A stretch of 64,000 bases of DNA. Source: a virus. The stretch's first letter is position 1. Each line of letters opens with the position of its first letter. The notes beneath the pieces were generated by a model, which was given only the letters and a program-made list of their open reading frames with translations, was not told the DNA's origin and did not search any database. Position numbers and translations under genes: made by a program. The stretch is from positions 1 to 64,000 of IMG/VR virus record IMGVR_UViG_3300029813_000617; one strand, written 5' to 3'. This document shows positions 56,698 to 64,000 of the stretch, in pieces.

Positions 56698-56726
56698 ATC
56701 GTACCACATTCGGCCTTCGTTGTCAA
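56698..56726 (-). promoter_or_regulatory. Sigma70-type promoter
   Basis: TTGACA-17 nt-TACGAT, extended -10. Confidence 0.7.
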
Positions 56727-56933
56727 GTCCCAATATCTTGCTGCGTAGGGCTTTGTCAAATCCCCGAATCGCCTAACTACCTATTATGTAAAGACGAAGC
56801 CCCCCGCCTTGGGAAAAATGGGCTGAGGGGCTATCCAACCTGGCCCCCCTCCCTCCTCCCAGGGTTCCCCTTATAGTCAAGCCGTCTTTACGCAGAATTT
56901 ACGTATGGCTTGACCATAACATCGTTGGGACGC

Positions 56934-56974
56934 TTGACCAGACTGTTGTCCACATGGTAAAATGCCGATACTAT
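56934..56974 (+). promoter_or_regulatory. Overlapping early promoters
   Basis: TTGACC-18 nt-TAAAAT and TTGTCC-17 nt-TACTAT. Confidence 0.5.
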
Positions 56975-57018
56975 AGTGTAGGTTACACAAGCGAAAGCGG
57001 AAGGGAGAAAGGTGGACA

Positions 57019-57189
57019 ATGGCAGGGCAAGCGAGAGTCCGATTAAGTAGAGATACGTGGGCAATGATTCGCCTTTACATGGCGATCAACCCAATGGGCA
57101 GTGTACGGGTGTTGGCCAACATTATCCACGTGGGCAGCCGGTTTGACGTGGCGCAGGCGCGAGTACTATTAGCCAGGCTCGCATCATAG
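57019..57189 (+). CDS. Hypothetical 56-aa protein (not in the ORF track)
   Basis: SD AAAGGTGG; MAGQARVRLSRDTW...LAS*. Confidence 0.5.
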   Translation: MAGQARVRLSRDTWAMIRLYMAINPMGSVRVLANIIHVGSRFDVAQARVLLARLAS

Positions 57190-57311
57190 GCCACTACCGC
57201 TAGCACCTTAACATATACGGAAGGCCATAGGCGCGGGCCAAAGCCGACCGTCATAGAATCTCCAGACCCCGACCGGTGGCCGGTGCTATCCCGATAGGGG
57301 GAGTGAACATA

Positions 57312-57809
57312 ATGGCGAAAGCCACAGCATCACCGGCAACCCAAACCGACAACCCGCCGGAAGAGGAAGCCCCGGCGGAAGCCCCGATGTCCGCAGTTGC
57401 GACCCTGACTGCCAAGCGCGCCATCTATGCCGACCACGCCGACCTGTTCGCCAATGAGCTCGCCGCCATCGACGCCGCCATCAACGCCGAGGTGTTCAAC
57501 GCCAGTGTAGGCGTGGAGCTCGACAAGCTCGACATAACGGCAATCACCGGCTCCAAGAGTGACGGCGAATGGTCATTCAGTAGAATGCGCCGAGTATCGG
57601 CCTCCACCACAACCGACACTGACAAGGCCGACAACCCGACGACCACGAAAGTGGACCGGCGCGCCCGGCTCCACAATGGCACGATCTACAGATCGGCCAA
57701 GGCGCTTTGCGTCGCACTCGGCCACCCGACGAACGGCGATTCCGCCGTCCGAGTGTTGGCAAAGCACAGCATCACCTGGTACGATCTGCCTGTCCAGGTG
57801 ACCGCGTAG
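57312..57809 (+). CDS. Hypothetical protein (possible DNA-binding C-terminus)
   Basis: SD GGGGAG; low-complexity N-terminus; GTIYRSAKALC..LGH. Confidence 0.55.
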   Translation: MAKATASPATQTDNPPEEEAPAEAPMSAVATLTAKRAIYADHADLFANELAAIDAAINAEVFNASVGVELDKLDITAITGSKSDGEWSFSRMRRVSASTTTDTDKADNPTTTKVDRRARLHNGTIYRSAKALCVALGHPTNGDSAVRVLAKHSITWYDLPVQVTA

Positions 57810-57937
57810 ACTCGATAGTGTGACGACCCGATAGTGTGATCCGCCGCACCGGCCACCGGTCGAGGTTTGGAGAAGCCCACAGGCAGGTATCGGGCCAGTG
57901 ACATCGCGGCATCACCACAGTAGGCATCCGCAGTATA

Positions 57938-58016
57938 CCCAGGAACTGAACTGCTAGCAACCCAAGGAACTGGCAACCCCAGGAACTGACGACCCAAGGA
58001 ACTGACCCGAGAACTG
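57938..58016 (+). repeat. GGAACTG repeat cluster 1 (5 copies)
   Basis: Copies at 57942, 57966, 57982, 57998 and 58010 (AGAACTG), mostly preceded by CCCA(A). Confidence 0.85.
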
Positions 58017-58025
58017 GAGGACATT

Positions 58026-58211
58026 GTGAGGAAACCCTGGACCGACGAGAAAAAGATCGAGATGCTCCATCACGTTTTGACCACACCCACGAAGCGAGTA
58101 AGGGTGACCATCGAGGTGAGTATCCTCGCTAACCTAGACCCGACAGGTGTGGAAGGCGAGAAGGCCATCCGAGATCTGATCGCAAACGAGTTTTACACAC
58201 TGATCTTCTGA
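58026..58211 (+). CDS. Hypothetical protein
   Basis: SD GGAGG, GTG start. Confidence 0.5.
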   Translation: MRKPWTDEKKIEMLHHVLTTPTKRVRVTIEVSILANLDPTGVEGEKAIRDLIANEFYTLIF

Positions 58212-58310
58212 TTCTGACCCGATACCCCGCCACGGCATACTAGACCGCACGCCACCCAGGGGCAGCTAGTGTATGCACCCACAGTGTACCCAGGCGCATC
58301 CAGTGGGTTA

Positions 58311-58415
58311 CCCAAGGAACTGAAGGAACTGGACACTGTCTGGGAACTGGCCAGCCCAAGGATTGGGCTAGGAACTGGACTGGGTAGGAACTGGGTAGAT
58401 TAACCCGAGGAACTG
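58311..58415 (+). repeat. GGAACTG repeat cluster 2 (about 6 copies)
   Basis: Same motif with irregular spacing. Confidence 0.85.
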
Positions 58416-58425
58416 GAGACAGAGA

Positions 58426-58620
58426 ATGGACAAGCTAGTATCCCACTCAGAGTGGTATCGCCTATGGGCTATGGCGCGAGGATGCTATGGGATACGGCAG
58501 CAGCGCAAGGCGAGGCGCAGGCTGACAGTTATGATGTTGGACTTGCGTCAGGCGAGTTACCATAACCTGGCTGACCAGATCGCCACAGTCATTCAGGAGT
58601 CATTTAGAAGAGAGCATTGA
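58426..58620 (+). CDS. Hypothetical protein
   Basis: ORF with SD in the early block. Confidence 0.45.
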   Translation: MDKLVSHSEWYRLWAMARGCYGIRQQRKARRRLTVMMLDLRQASYHNLADQIATVIQESFRREH

Positions 58621-58642
58621 GTCAATGCTAGGAGAGGGGAGA

Positions 58643-58963
58643 ATGAACGTCAAGGGAATACCAGTGGCACCAGAGGCAAGGTATCCATCTTGCCCCAGAC
58701 CTGATCAGGCAAAGGTAGAGCCTGGTCACACTCCGCAGGGAGATGTCGCAGACTATATCTCCCTCACCATACTGATCGAGAAGTCGAAGGCCGACAATCT
58801 TGACCGCACTTTCTGGGCTACCCCAATCGGTACTCTCGTCCGCATGGAGTACGCTCGTTTCGAAGCTCTCAATAGGCTCATGCAGACCACGCTTGGGGAG
58901 AAGCTCATTGACAGGATGAAAGAGATGGGTCTCAGCTACAACCTACCAGACTCGGCTCGCTGA
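58643..58963 (+). CDS. Hypothetical protein
   Basis: SD GGAGAGGGGAG. Confidence 0.5.
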   Translation: MNVKGIPVAPEARYPSCPRPDQAKVEPGHTPQGDVADYISLTILIEKSKADNLDRTFWATPIGTLVRMEYARFEALNRLMQTTLGEKLIDRMKEMGLSYNLPDSAR

Positions 58964-58971
58964 AACGATAA

Positions 58972-59027
58972 CCGAATAGGGGGGGGTTAGCCCTCTCCCC
59001 CTACTCTCCTTACTGAAGGGGAGTAGG
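58972..59027 (+). repeat. Twin-hairpin intergenic element, copy 1
   Basis: Similar to 60559-60620. Confidence 0.7.
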
Positions 59028-59071
59028 TGGAGCGGACAAGCCAGGTCAACAGACCGAAGGGAAGAGGGAGG

Positions 59072-59320
59072 ATGGACGTACAAGAGAAGGCACTGGACAT
59101 CATCGAGAAAGCCGTAGAAAAGCGGAGTGCCGAAGCTACACTGGCGATCATGGCGGGAGTGACAGACAAGGGAATGGCCACAGCCTTGGTAGTCGTGAAG
59201 CAAGGGGTCACTGACGCCGTAGCCGAGGGCTACGATGAGCGAGAGCTATGGCAGATGATCTACGATCTCACCACCAGTGCCTGCAAGGCCTTTGAGAGCT
59301 TACCCAGTTACATGGGATAG
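59072..59320 (+). CDS. Hypothetical protein
   Basis: SD GAGGGAGG. Confidence 0.5.
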   Translation: MDVQEKALDIIEKAVEKRSAEATLAIMAGVTDKGMATALVVVKQGVTDAVAEGYDERELWQMIYDLTTSACKAFESLPSYMG

Positions 59321-59348
59321 CGCAAGGAATAGGAAGGGAGACAGAGGG

Positions 59349-59693
59349 ATGGAAGTAAAGATACACCAGGCATTCTTGGTGGTGAAGAGTCGAGAGACCC
59401 GACTGACCAAGGACAAGGCGCGGCAGTTTCCGATTCGGCACTGGAGAGACTACAACTGCGATCTCCGACCCGAGCGGATGCTGATCGGCCAACCAGTACC
59501 AAAGCCGATCTGCAAGGTGAGGGCACGGACACTTGACCGAGACCTGTCTGGCTGGATGATCCTCGTGCCAGATAAAGAGGCAGGGCTGATCTGGGTACGC
59601 CCAGTGTTGGTCCCTCTCCGCAACCAGGAGAAGATCCGGGAAGAGGGCGGTCGCTGGGATGTACTGTCGGCGATCCCGACGGTGATCCTCTAG
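59349..59693 (+). CDS. Hypothetical protein
   Basis: SD AGAGGG. Confidence 0.5.
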   Translation: MEVKIHQAFLVVKSRETRLTKDKARQFPIRHWRDYNCDLRPERMLIGQPVPKPICKVRARTLDRDLSGWMILVPDKEAGLIWVRPVLVPLRNQEKIREEGGRWDVLSAIPTVIL

Positions 59694-59714
59694 GGCAAGT
59701 GAAAGGAGAGAGAG

Positions 59715-59945
59715 ATGGAGAAGAGAGCAGAAGGGATGGCACATGCCATCACCACAGTGGGGAGCTATCTGGCAGAGAAGGTTAAGCATCTGAGAGGTGT
59801 GCAGGCTGATTGCTGCCCTTCTGTGCTATCAGAGGAGGACCGTCGCCGCGACGCCCAGTTACAGATTGACGCCCTGAAGGATGTGCAAGTCCGGCTGGTG
59901 GGTGTCTTAACTGCATACCACCTGGATGACCTGGCAATCCTCTAG
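59715..59945 (+). CDS. Hypothetical protein
   Basis: SD AAGGAGAG. Confidence 0.5.
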   Translation: MEKRAEGMAHAITTVGSYLAEKVKHLRGVQADCCPSVLSEEDRRRDAQLQIDALKDVQVRLVGVLTAYHLDDLAIL

Positions 59946-59970
59946 GACAAGCGAAAGGAGAAGCGGCAGT

Positions 59971-60477
59971 ATGTTCTGGGTATGCTACGGGGAGTTCAAG
60001 GGCAGTAGGAGATTCCGTCGGACTTGGATCGTTGAGGCAGACTCCTCACCCGACGAGCCAGACGAGAACGGCGAGCGCGCCTATCCCTTCAATGGGATGG
60101 GAGGCTACGTCTGGCACGGTTACGGTACTCGTGAGCACGGTTACAATACTCGCGAGGAAGCTCTCCAAGCTGAGTCTGATCTCGTGGGTGGGGGTATGAT
60201 GCCAAAGTCCCAGGTGGAGTCTGAGGCTGAGATGGTGGGTAGCAGTGTAGTGGGTGGTCAGGTAAAGGTCTTGTTCCCCGACGGCACAGAGCGGATGTGC
60301 CGAGTGGGACCGACCAACGCGGCTGGCAACACCCTCGTCTGGGTTCCAGTCTATGGCACCTGGCTCAAGATGTGGAAGAGCCAGGAGCTACTCAAGGAGA
60401 TTGTGCCAAAGGGCGAGGTACTCCTGGCAGAATCCTCCTTTGATCCCAGGTTGCACAGGAGGTGCAAGGTGGACTGA
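59971..60477 (+). CDS. Hypothetical protein
   Basis: SD AAGGAG. Confidence 0.5.
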   Translation: MFWVCYGEFKGSRRFRRTWIVEADSSPDEPDENGERAYPFNGMGGYVWHGYGTREHGYNTREEALQAESDLVGGGMMPKSQVESEAEMVGSSVVGGQVKVLFPDGTERMCRVGPTNAAGNTLVWVPVYGTWLKMWKSQELLKEIVPKGEVLLAESSFDPRLHRRCKVD

Positions 60478-60558
60478 GGGCAGCGAAGGCTGTACTACCG
60501 ATTTGTATGATGAGTGACAACCAGGAGGGCGGGATGATCTAGTACAGCAGAATGACAG

Positions 60559-60620
60559 CCAAATAGGGAGAGGGGCTGCTAACCCTCTCCCCTGACTCTC
60601 CTTACTAAAGGGGAGTGAGG
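60559..60620 (+). repeat. Twin-hairpin intergenic element, copy 2
   Basis: GGGAGAGGGG-loop-CCCTCTCCC followed by ACTCTCCTT-ACTA-AAGGGGAGT. Confidence 0.7.
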
Positions 60621-60642
60621 GAAGTGGATTAGCTGAAAGGAG

Positions 60643-60942
60643 ATGAGAGTGAGTGAAGTAAAGCCGAGAAGTGGGATGGTAGTATCCATCTTCTGTAACG
60701 CTCCCGAAGGGGCTATGCTACCTGAGTGGAGTGACATCTCCGCAGAACTCCGAGAGGAGATTGACCGAATAGGTGGTTTGCCCTGTTGTGAGTTTACTCC
60801 AGAGAACGTCGGGGTCATGGGTGTGTACTGCATCCGTTGCGAGTACTGCCTCTGGCAGGAGACTGCGATGGTGACGACGAAGGGAGATAGGAGTTATGCC
60901 AAAGGGCACAATTTACCTGATCCACTTCAGTCGCCCCTATAA
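60643..60942 (+). CDS. Cys-rich hypothetical protein
   Basis: SD AAGGAG; CIRCEYC. Confidence 0.5.
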   Translation: MRVSEVKPRSGMVVSIFCNAPEGAMLPEWSDISAELREEIDRIGGLPCCEFTPENVGVMGVYCIRCEYCLWQETAMVTTKGDRSYAKGHNLPDPLQSPL

Positions 60943-61387
60943 GCATGCTCGCCACTACCTGGGCTACACTACCAATCTTGAGGAGCGCCTTAAGTGCCAC
61001 CGATCTGGTGACAACCACAGTGCTCGCCTCATGCAGGTGATTACGGAAGCAGGCATTCCCTGGGAGCTAGTGCGTACCTGGCAGGGAAGTCGCAAGGATG
61101 AGAGGCGGCTGAAGAAGCAGAAGAATAGCCCAAGACTCTGCCCAATATGTAGAAGGGAGAGAGGGATGACAAAGCCAGCTAGGATTATCAAGGCGCGAGT
61201 AGGAAAGCATACCCATTACCTGGAGCTCCGAGGTGGAGCCAAGGGCAAAGGCAGAAGGCTGACTAGGGTACGCTATGATGCCAACAGTCCTATCGCCTTC
61301 TGGAGAGCAGTGGACAGCCTAATCCAGAAAGCACAAGAGCTTGGGTACGCAGTGGACGAGGAGCAATTGCCCCTCAGTCCAGTGTAA
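60896..61387 (+). CDS. GIY-YIG nuclease-family protein
   Basis: IYLIHF......HYLGYT.NL..R...H...E.RLK.....CPIC. An internal SD plus ATG (MTKPAR) suggests a fused second module. Confidence 0.75.
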   Translation: MPKGTIYLIHFSRPYKHARHYLGYTTNLEERLKCHRSGDNHSARLMQVITEAGIPWELVRTWQGSRKDERRLKKQKNSPRLCPICRRERGMTKPARIIKARVGKHTHYLELRGGAKGKGRRLTRVRYDANSPIAFWRAVDSLIQKAQELGYAVDEEQLPLSPV

Positions 61388-61420
61388 GGATAGGCGGGTA
61401 AGCCAAGCAAGGAGACACTT

Positions 61421-61627
61421 ATGTGCCAGCAGGAGAATGAGGGCCATACGATCTGCATCTGTACCATGTGTGGAGCACAGAAGACCGAGGAACTGGCTGA
61501 TGGCAACACCGAATGTCTGTCTTGCGGATTCATCTTCAATCCAAAGAATCCTGGGGTGACGCGCGTGGGTGTTGCCTGGGAGATTGAGTGGATGTTGCCT
61601 TGGAGGCTGGGCGGTTCGTGGGCCTGA
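61421..61627 (+). CDS. Zn-ribbon protein
   Basis: CTMCG...CLSCG. Confidence 0.5.
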   Translation: MCQQENEGHTICICTMCGAQKTEELADGNTECLSCGFIFNPKNPGVTRVGVAWEIEWMLPWRLGGSWA

Positions 61628-61742
61628 TCTCTGAGGCCTGGGATAAGCAGATCGAGGATATAGAGCAAGTCCTGCAGCAGCAGATGGCGGTAGTCTCAGC
61701 ATAGGCTACCATCGTACAGAAGGGAGAATGGAGGGAATTGGT

Positions 61743-61928
61743 ATGGGTGCGGAGCGGGAGGAACTGGTCGCCGAGCTCGAAACTTTGAGGAAGAGTGAGA
61801 TCGTCCGAGTTCTCGCTCGCAAGCACGTTGCGAAGGTGGCGGTACTCAAGCAGAGATCGAAGGCTGAGTTAGTCCAGACCCTGGCAGACGCGATCGATGA
61901 GGGTACAGTCAAGTTTTCCGATCTCTAG
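61743..61928 (+). CDS. Small helical protein (Rho-N/HEH-like)
   Basis: L..LRKSEI...KAELVQ.L; resembles 62554-62745. Confidence 0.4.
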   Translation: MGAEREELVAELETLRKSEIVRVLARKHVAKVAVLKQRSKAELVQTLADAIDEGTVKFSDL

Positions 61929-61971
61929 TACCCACCTGCTTTTATCAAGAACGGAGAGAGGCAAAATACCA

Positions 61972-62343
61972 ATGCGACTAGAGAGCACAGTCAAGATCAG
62001 CATCCCAGACATCCGAGAGGAACTCAAGAAGATTCCCCTCTGGGCAAACGGAAAGGATCAGTGCCGTAACCAGTTCCTCGGCTGCTACTATGGGGAACTG
62101 AGTCGGTGCATTAGCGAGGCGATGCGTGCAGCCCAGGGCGAGGTATTCTTCTCGGACCTAGAGACCCCCAAGGACCGCAGTGGCGAGGATGATCCTAAGA
62201 GACAGTACATCATGGAGTTCGAGGTGTTCGACCGAGCCAAACCACGCGGCAACTCCTGCAACTGGCACGGGCAGAATACCTCACAGTGGGTGTATGCCGG
62301 TGCTATAGTCTACCAGGACGGTCGGGTATCGACGCACCACTGA
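61972..62343 (+). CDS. Hypothetical protein
   Basis: SD GAGAGG; C-terminal NWHGQNTSQW.YAGAI. Confidence 0.55.
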   Translation: MRLESTVKISIPDIREELKKIPLWANGKDQCRNQFLGCYYGELSRCISEAMRAAQGEVFFSDLETPKDRSGEDDPKRQYIMEFEVFDRAKPRGNSCNWHGQNTSQWVYAGAIVYQDGRVSTHH

Positions 62344-62384
62344 CAATCGCCTTTGAGTCAAACACACAAAAGGAGAGAGGGGCT

Positions 62385-62588
62385 ATGAATAGGGGTGTCA
62401 GAGTTAGGCCACCATATAGCCTCGCTGGCGAACTGGGGATGGTTGCCGAGATAACCCCCAGACCTGGATCTGGTGTCTGGGTGCGAATCGACAACGATGG
62501 TGGCGCGTGGCTCCTCTACGAAGAAGAGATAGAGGTCCTGGAAGAGGGATGCAATGGAACAGGCAGAACGGGAGAAGCTCTTTGCTGA
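62385..62588 (+). CDS. Small SH3-like beta-barrel protein
   Basis: VRV......GELG.V......VWVR.D......E.E.L. Confidence 0.4.
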   Translation: MNRGVRVRPPYSLAGELGMVAEITPRPGSGVWVRIDNDGGAWLLYEEEIEVLEEGCNGTGRTGEALC

Positions 62589-62745
62589 GTTTGGTGCTAT
62601 GGAGAGGACGGAGCTAGCTGAACTTCTCTCTGGCTGCTTCGAGGGAGAGAAGTCTAGGGCAGTACTTGAGGGAATGACAAAGGCTGCACTGATCTGGCTT
62701 CTAGTAGGTGCAGCAATGCCAATGGTGCGAAAGGAGAGAGACTGA
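62554..62745 (+). CDS. Small helical protein (Rho-N/HEH-like)
   Basis: AERE.L.AE...M.R.EL...MTKAALI.LL. Confidence 0.4.
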   Translation: MEQAEREKLFAEFGAMERTELAELLSGCFEGEKSRAVLEGMTKAALIWLLVGAAMPMVRKERD

Positions 62746-62963
62746 TGGGCAAGACAGAGAAAGCAGCTTTCATGTTTCTAGTGGCACTTACTGTCTGTGT
62801 ATTAGTCGCCGTCGCCTCCTGGATAGCAAGTGAGCGCTACATCCTCGGTGGCCTGCTCAAAGATGGGTACAGTGTGACCTTCGATGAGTCAGTCTCTCCT
62901 GGTGAGGGCTTCTATATTGTGCGGATCTGGCGCGATGGCTCCTGGGTAGCAGTGGAGAGATAA
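62745..62963 (+). CDS. Small membrane protein
   Basis: N-terminal TM helix; TGATG coupling. Confidence 0.5.
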   Translation: MGKTEKAAFMFLVALTVCVLVAVASWIASERYILGGLLKDGYSVTFDESVSPGEGFYIVRIWRDGSWVAVER

Positions 62964-62989
62964 GTCAACAAGAGGAGACAAGGGGCAAC

Positions 62990-63448
62990 ATGAGTGACAA
63001 AGAAGCAAGCACTGAGAAACAAGCTCTGGATTACGCCCTGAAGTTGACGGACTTCCTTTATGACTCTCACTATCTTGCGCACCTTCCTACCAGGATGACG
63101 GCGAGCAGAAGCACCTATCACCAGGGCGGAAGGGGAGGCTACCCGCACAGGATTACCTACGGTGTGCAGACTCTGCTCAACTTCTATCAGCAAGGCTACT
63201 GGTGCACCCAGAGAGAGCTACGGTATGTCTGGGTAGAGGAGACACAAAGGGAGGCAAAGGGTTTTGAGGCAGTATGGCGGCTCGTGCTTCACGAATTTGC
63301 TCATGTAATACAGGTGAATAGGAAGCAGAGGTTCAAAGGAGGTCTCCATAACTGGTACTATATGGGGATACTACGAGACCTTGTTCGGGGCTTTCCTTTC
63401 TGGCAGTATGGACCCGAGAGATTCACCGAACAGAAAGGAGATGCATGA
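62990..63448 (+). CDS. Zincin (SprT-like) metallopeptidase
   Basis: LVLHEFAHVIQ with a distal His (GLHNW). Confidence 0.65.
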   Translation: MSDKEASTEKQALDYALKLTDFLYDSHYLAHLPTRMTASRSTYHQGGRGGYPHRITYGVQTLLNFYQQGYWCTQRELRYVWVEETQREAKGFEAVWRLVLHEFAHVIQVNRKQRFKGGLHNWYYMGILRDLVRGFPFWQYGPERFTEQKGDA

Positions 63449-63636
63449 CACTGACTATCGGCGAGATCCTCAAAGCAAAGGGGGTCATTCTTTCCCAGGC
63501 AGCATTGAGGAGAGTCCCGCTTGGCAAAGAATGTCCTAAGTGTGGTGAGGACAGGCGGCAGTATATCCACAACAAGAGGCAGGCACGAGCCTGTCTGACG
63601 TGTGGGTATGAGTGGAGAGAAGGGGAAGTAAGATGA
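63445..63636 (+). CDS. Zn-ribbon protein
   Basis: CPKCG...CLTCG.EW. Confidence 0.55.
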   Translation: MTLTIGEILKAKGVILSQAALRRVPLGKECPKCGEDRRQYIHNKRQARACLTCGYEWREGEVR

Positions 63637-63899
63637 AGCTTTGCCCCAGTTGTGAGCGGCAACTATTCGACGAGATAGCCAAGGCGATAGAGGGCTGCAG
63701 TGATCTCTGGCCAGAGGAGCTCCTTGCTCCCCTGGTGGACTATGGCCCAGAAATTGACGAGGATGTATTTCTGACTGCCATGGCTGAGCGTGGCTGGCTA
63801 AACTGCAAGGGATGCCAGCTATGGGTACACAGCACAGATGAAGAGGGCTTATGTGTGGACTGTGAGGAAGGAGAGATGCCATGCCATGCTGGAGAGTAA
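63633..63899 (+). CDS. Zn-finger protein
   Basis: CPSC, CKGC..W, CVDC. Confidence 0.5.
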   Translation: MKLCPSCERQLFDEIAKAIEGCSDLWPEELLAPLVDYGPEIDEDVFLTAMAERGWLNCKGCQLWVHSTDEEGLCVDCEEGEMPCHAGE

Positions 63900-64000
63900 C
63901 CCTAATCGACTTGCGGACAGACGAGACCTTCCACCAGGACGTGGAGGCTGAGACTCGCGCCAAGGCTATGCGCCAGGCAGAAAGCCACATGCGGAGAGCA
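63881..64000 (+). CDS. Hypothetical protein (3'-partial)
   Basis: SD AAGGAGAG; MPCWRVTL...VEAETRAKA... runs off the window. Confidence 0.45.
   Translation, partial: MPCWRVTLIDLRTDETFHQDVEAETRAKAMRQAESHMRRA

Noticed and set aside
56520-56700. tRNA or hammerhead ribozyme
   Set aside because: No cloverleaf or T-loop geometry and no CUGAUGA core.
57938-58415. CRISPR array
   Set aside because: Repeats are only 7-12 nt with short irregular spacers, and there are no cas genes.
63358-63990. 210-aa minus-strand ORF
   Set aside because: Antisense to coupled plus-strand genes that have SDs.
1-64000. Stop-codon reassignment
   Set aside because: TAG, TGA and TAA all end genes at tightly coupled junctions, and coding density is high under code 11.

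Overview
This window is a 64-kb segment of a tailed dsDNA bacteriophage, siphovirus-like (long tape measure, tail tube, no sheath). Bacterial SD motifs and sigma70-type promoters are present; the endolysin architecture tentatively suggests a Chloroflexota-type host. The minus strand (about 1-52,900) carries the morphogenesis genes in this order: a large terminase split into ATPase and nuclease genes, portal, an ASCH-like/nucleotidyltransferase protein, a ~13.5-kb glycan-biosynthesis island (16 genes plus a remnant), a 1507-aa DNA ligase/adenine MTase/phosphoesterase/prohead-protease polyprotein, a Zn-ribbon/protease/scaffold/major capsid fusion, neck genes with another glycosyltransferase, tail tube, a -1 frameshifted chaperone, tape measure, three paralogous lectin-like tail proteins, a hub protein with five 17-aa repeats, paired tail-tip and fibre paralogues, and lysis genes. 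The small terminase is transcribed divergently from the large one. A plus-strand block of small early-type genes starts at about 57 kb, after a non-coding switch region with a structured leader; GGAACTG repeat clusters lie among its first genes. The best candidates for new biology are (1) a donor-strand docking system in which hub repeats may supply the last beta-strand missing from three interchangeable lectin modules, (2) a large virion-glycosylation pathway inside the head module, and (3) a possibly capsid-packaged DNA end-repair/methylation polyprotein. All family calls come from motif recognition by eye; no searches were run.
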